Below the pieces are notes generated by a model. It was not told the DNA's origin, made no database searches, and saw only the letters and a program-made list of their open reading frames with translations. Source: Catajapyx aquilonaris (lineage: Eukaryota). From it: a DNA stretch of 64,000 nucleotides. Both the position numbers and the translations under genes were made by a program. How positions within the stretch are numbered: the stretch's first letter is position 1; each line of letters starts with the position of its first letter. Of the stretch, positions 61,791-64,000 are shown one piece after another. The DNA lies in NCBI GenBank assembly GCA_000934665.2, contig KZ538040.1, positions 1 to 64,000 on the forward strand. Direction: 5' to 3'.

Positions 61791-64000
61791 AAAAACAATA
61801 ATGCACATTTAGTTAAATAATAAAATAGCTAATAAGTAAACTAAATAGGTATAACAATTAATAAATGTAATTGCTAAAATAAATTAACGAAATTAAAATG
61901 ACTAAATGAATAGGCCCTACACTATTTCTAAATCAATGCAGTATTATCAAATTAATTAATCCAATATGTAAAAGTAAAATACAGAATGTAAAATAAATAA
62001 AAATACAGCAGGTAAAAATTCAATTCAATGGAGCATTTAAAATCAAATAAAAGTACAATATTATAAAATTAATTAACAAGATATATGTAAATATAAGGCA
62101 ATATTGGTCGAACCTTGTGAAGGTAAAGGTTCAAGTCAGGGACATTCACACGTGTAATGTGTCCGTGACATTTCAACCGATACGGTCGTGCGAATGACCC
62201 TTCCCGTATATATCTGACCAGCACTATACCAAAGGACTTTTTACTCCAACAAAAAAAATAAATCAGTATGTTCTCCTGATTTGGGATGCATCTCCAGAGA
62301 ACCGTCCTGGAAATGGGATTGAGACCCAGAAACCGGGTTTTCTTTTTTTTTCAGAAGCCGGTTTTCCAAATTTCTGGCCAACGCACGAGTGGTCGTTTTC
62401 ACGCCTTTATGGAGTCCGATGTGGGGAATGTAACTCCCCCCCCCCNCCCCCCCCCCCCCCCCCCAGGTTTTTGGAAAAAAGGTTTTTTTTTCTCACACAG
62501 TCCCTCCCCCTACAGAAACGGACACCGCAGAGGAAATGAAGCGCCCAGGTTTATGACACCCCGCCATTTTTAGTCCTCCGGCTCTTGGTATGGTGTGCTG
62601 ACAGATGTGAACCGGTACGCCTGGAATTGAATGGGAGTTCAGGGGGGGAAAAGGCTCCGATCGCACTTTGAAGTGTTTATTACGTAGGGTGTAAATGGAG
62701 GAGAAAGAGAAGGTGAGGAGGGGGTGAAAAGGTAAGGTCTCTTTTCTCCCCCCCATGTCGTGCGAAAAGGTTTTGGGTGACTTCGTTAGCGGCCTATTGA
62801 AAAGGGAAGAGCAGTGCGGTTGAAACCACGCGCTGCTACCAGAATGAGGCCCTAATGATTACAACTGTATCTAACACGTGCAAGGGTCGCTACACCTCTC
62901 AAGTCACTCGGTTTGTTCCGGCCATTATGGCTAGAAGTTGGCGGATTCCAGTCAGTTCCTGTCGAAAGAAAAGCGAGGAAAAGGTGTGACGCTTTTCTAT
63001 AGTGGAACCAGTGGAAAATGGGTACGGCATCAGACCTAAAGGTGAAAATAAATTAAATTTTTTAGAGCTTCAGGTTTTACGTTTACAGGAAGCTGCACGA
63101 AAAAGCTTCGCTAGGCGGCGATACTTGTGGATATCCATTAATTTCCATCACTGTACTGTCGCTCTTTGTGGCCCCGCCAGGCATGGTCCGTCCATTAGCG
63201 TTATAATTTTAGTTAATTTTGAAGCTGGGCATTCCTTATCAGTCGCAGAAATAAGACAGCTTCAGGTCTGCTACCTTACTCATGAATATGCAACATTTTA
63301 TGTGATATTAGCTGGGGACTGTTGGCAACCCCCCATAACGTATAGCTGGCCTTTGACCGCTTATGGGAATGACCCTAATTTATCCGAAAGTGAGCAACTG
63401 GGGACCTGCAAAATGACAGTTTGAAACACTCGTATGATCCGCTGCAGGTGCGAATGTGGGGAAAATGAGAGAGAAAGGAACGTACAAAAAGCGACTATCC
63501 AAATGTTTGTATTAATGTGACCCAGTGAACAATCCCTCGTCCCTTCATGTGTGTGTGGAGAGAGTAGAGAGGGGGGGGGGGTAGGAATTATTGTCGGAAC
63601 TAGTGGGGGGGCTTAGCCAGATCGCGTTTCACACCTCGCCTATCTCCATCAGACCTCCCTGTTTTATGTGAGCTGATGCGTGGGGAAACCGTGGAAGTGA
63701 ATCTACACTAGAGGGGGCGCGTATGTCCTGATGTGCGGTGAAAACCTCCGTGGACAAGCCAAATCTGTGGCACAAATGGGGGACGCTCCTGGGACCAGGG
63801 ATCAAACTAGAGGATTGTAGGATTATTAATGGAAGGATTGGCAAATGTTAACTAGTTGCGCTTTTTACCACGTATTTCCAACTGACGCGCCATGTATATT
63901 TCCAACTGTTCAAAATGGCGGCCAGTCCACGCCGTTTTTGCGTCCCTAGAGAGATGACGTGACACACGCCAAGCATTTTCGAGCCATAATTGAGCCCCCC

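Noticed and set aside
7200..64000. Autonomous transposase, reverse transcriptase or Rep-Hel coding regions
   Set aside because: No ORF in the track shows DDE, RT or helicase motifs; all elements seen are short and non-autonomous.

Overview
Metazoan (probably invertebrate) nuclear DNA; no prokaryotic features. All recognisable coding sequence lies in the first 3.7 kb. (1) The first three coding exons of LAMTOR3/MP1 are on the minus strand, and the gene runs off the left edge. (2) Head-to-head with it is a compact, intron-rich plus-strand gene (~1142-3663, ~560 aa by my splice model). It has six single-exon zinc fingers, made by tandem duplication of an exon+intron unit, fused to what look like the N-terminal DNA-binding and C-terminal parts of a Mutator-like (MULE) transposase with no catalytic core. 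This candidate domesticated transposase/zinc-finger fusion is the most interesting object in the window. The remaining ~60 kb has no convincing coding sequence; the listed ORFs look like chance or repeat-derived frames. It is a mosaic of unique G/C-run-rich blocks alternating roughly every 1.3-1.6 kb with non-autonomous Helitrons, MITEs, minisatellites (including a CCAAT-box array) and fold-back palindromes. Family assignments are from motif recognition by eye, not database searches.
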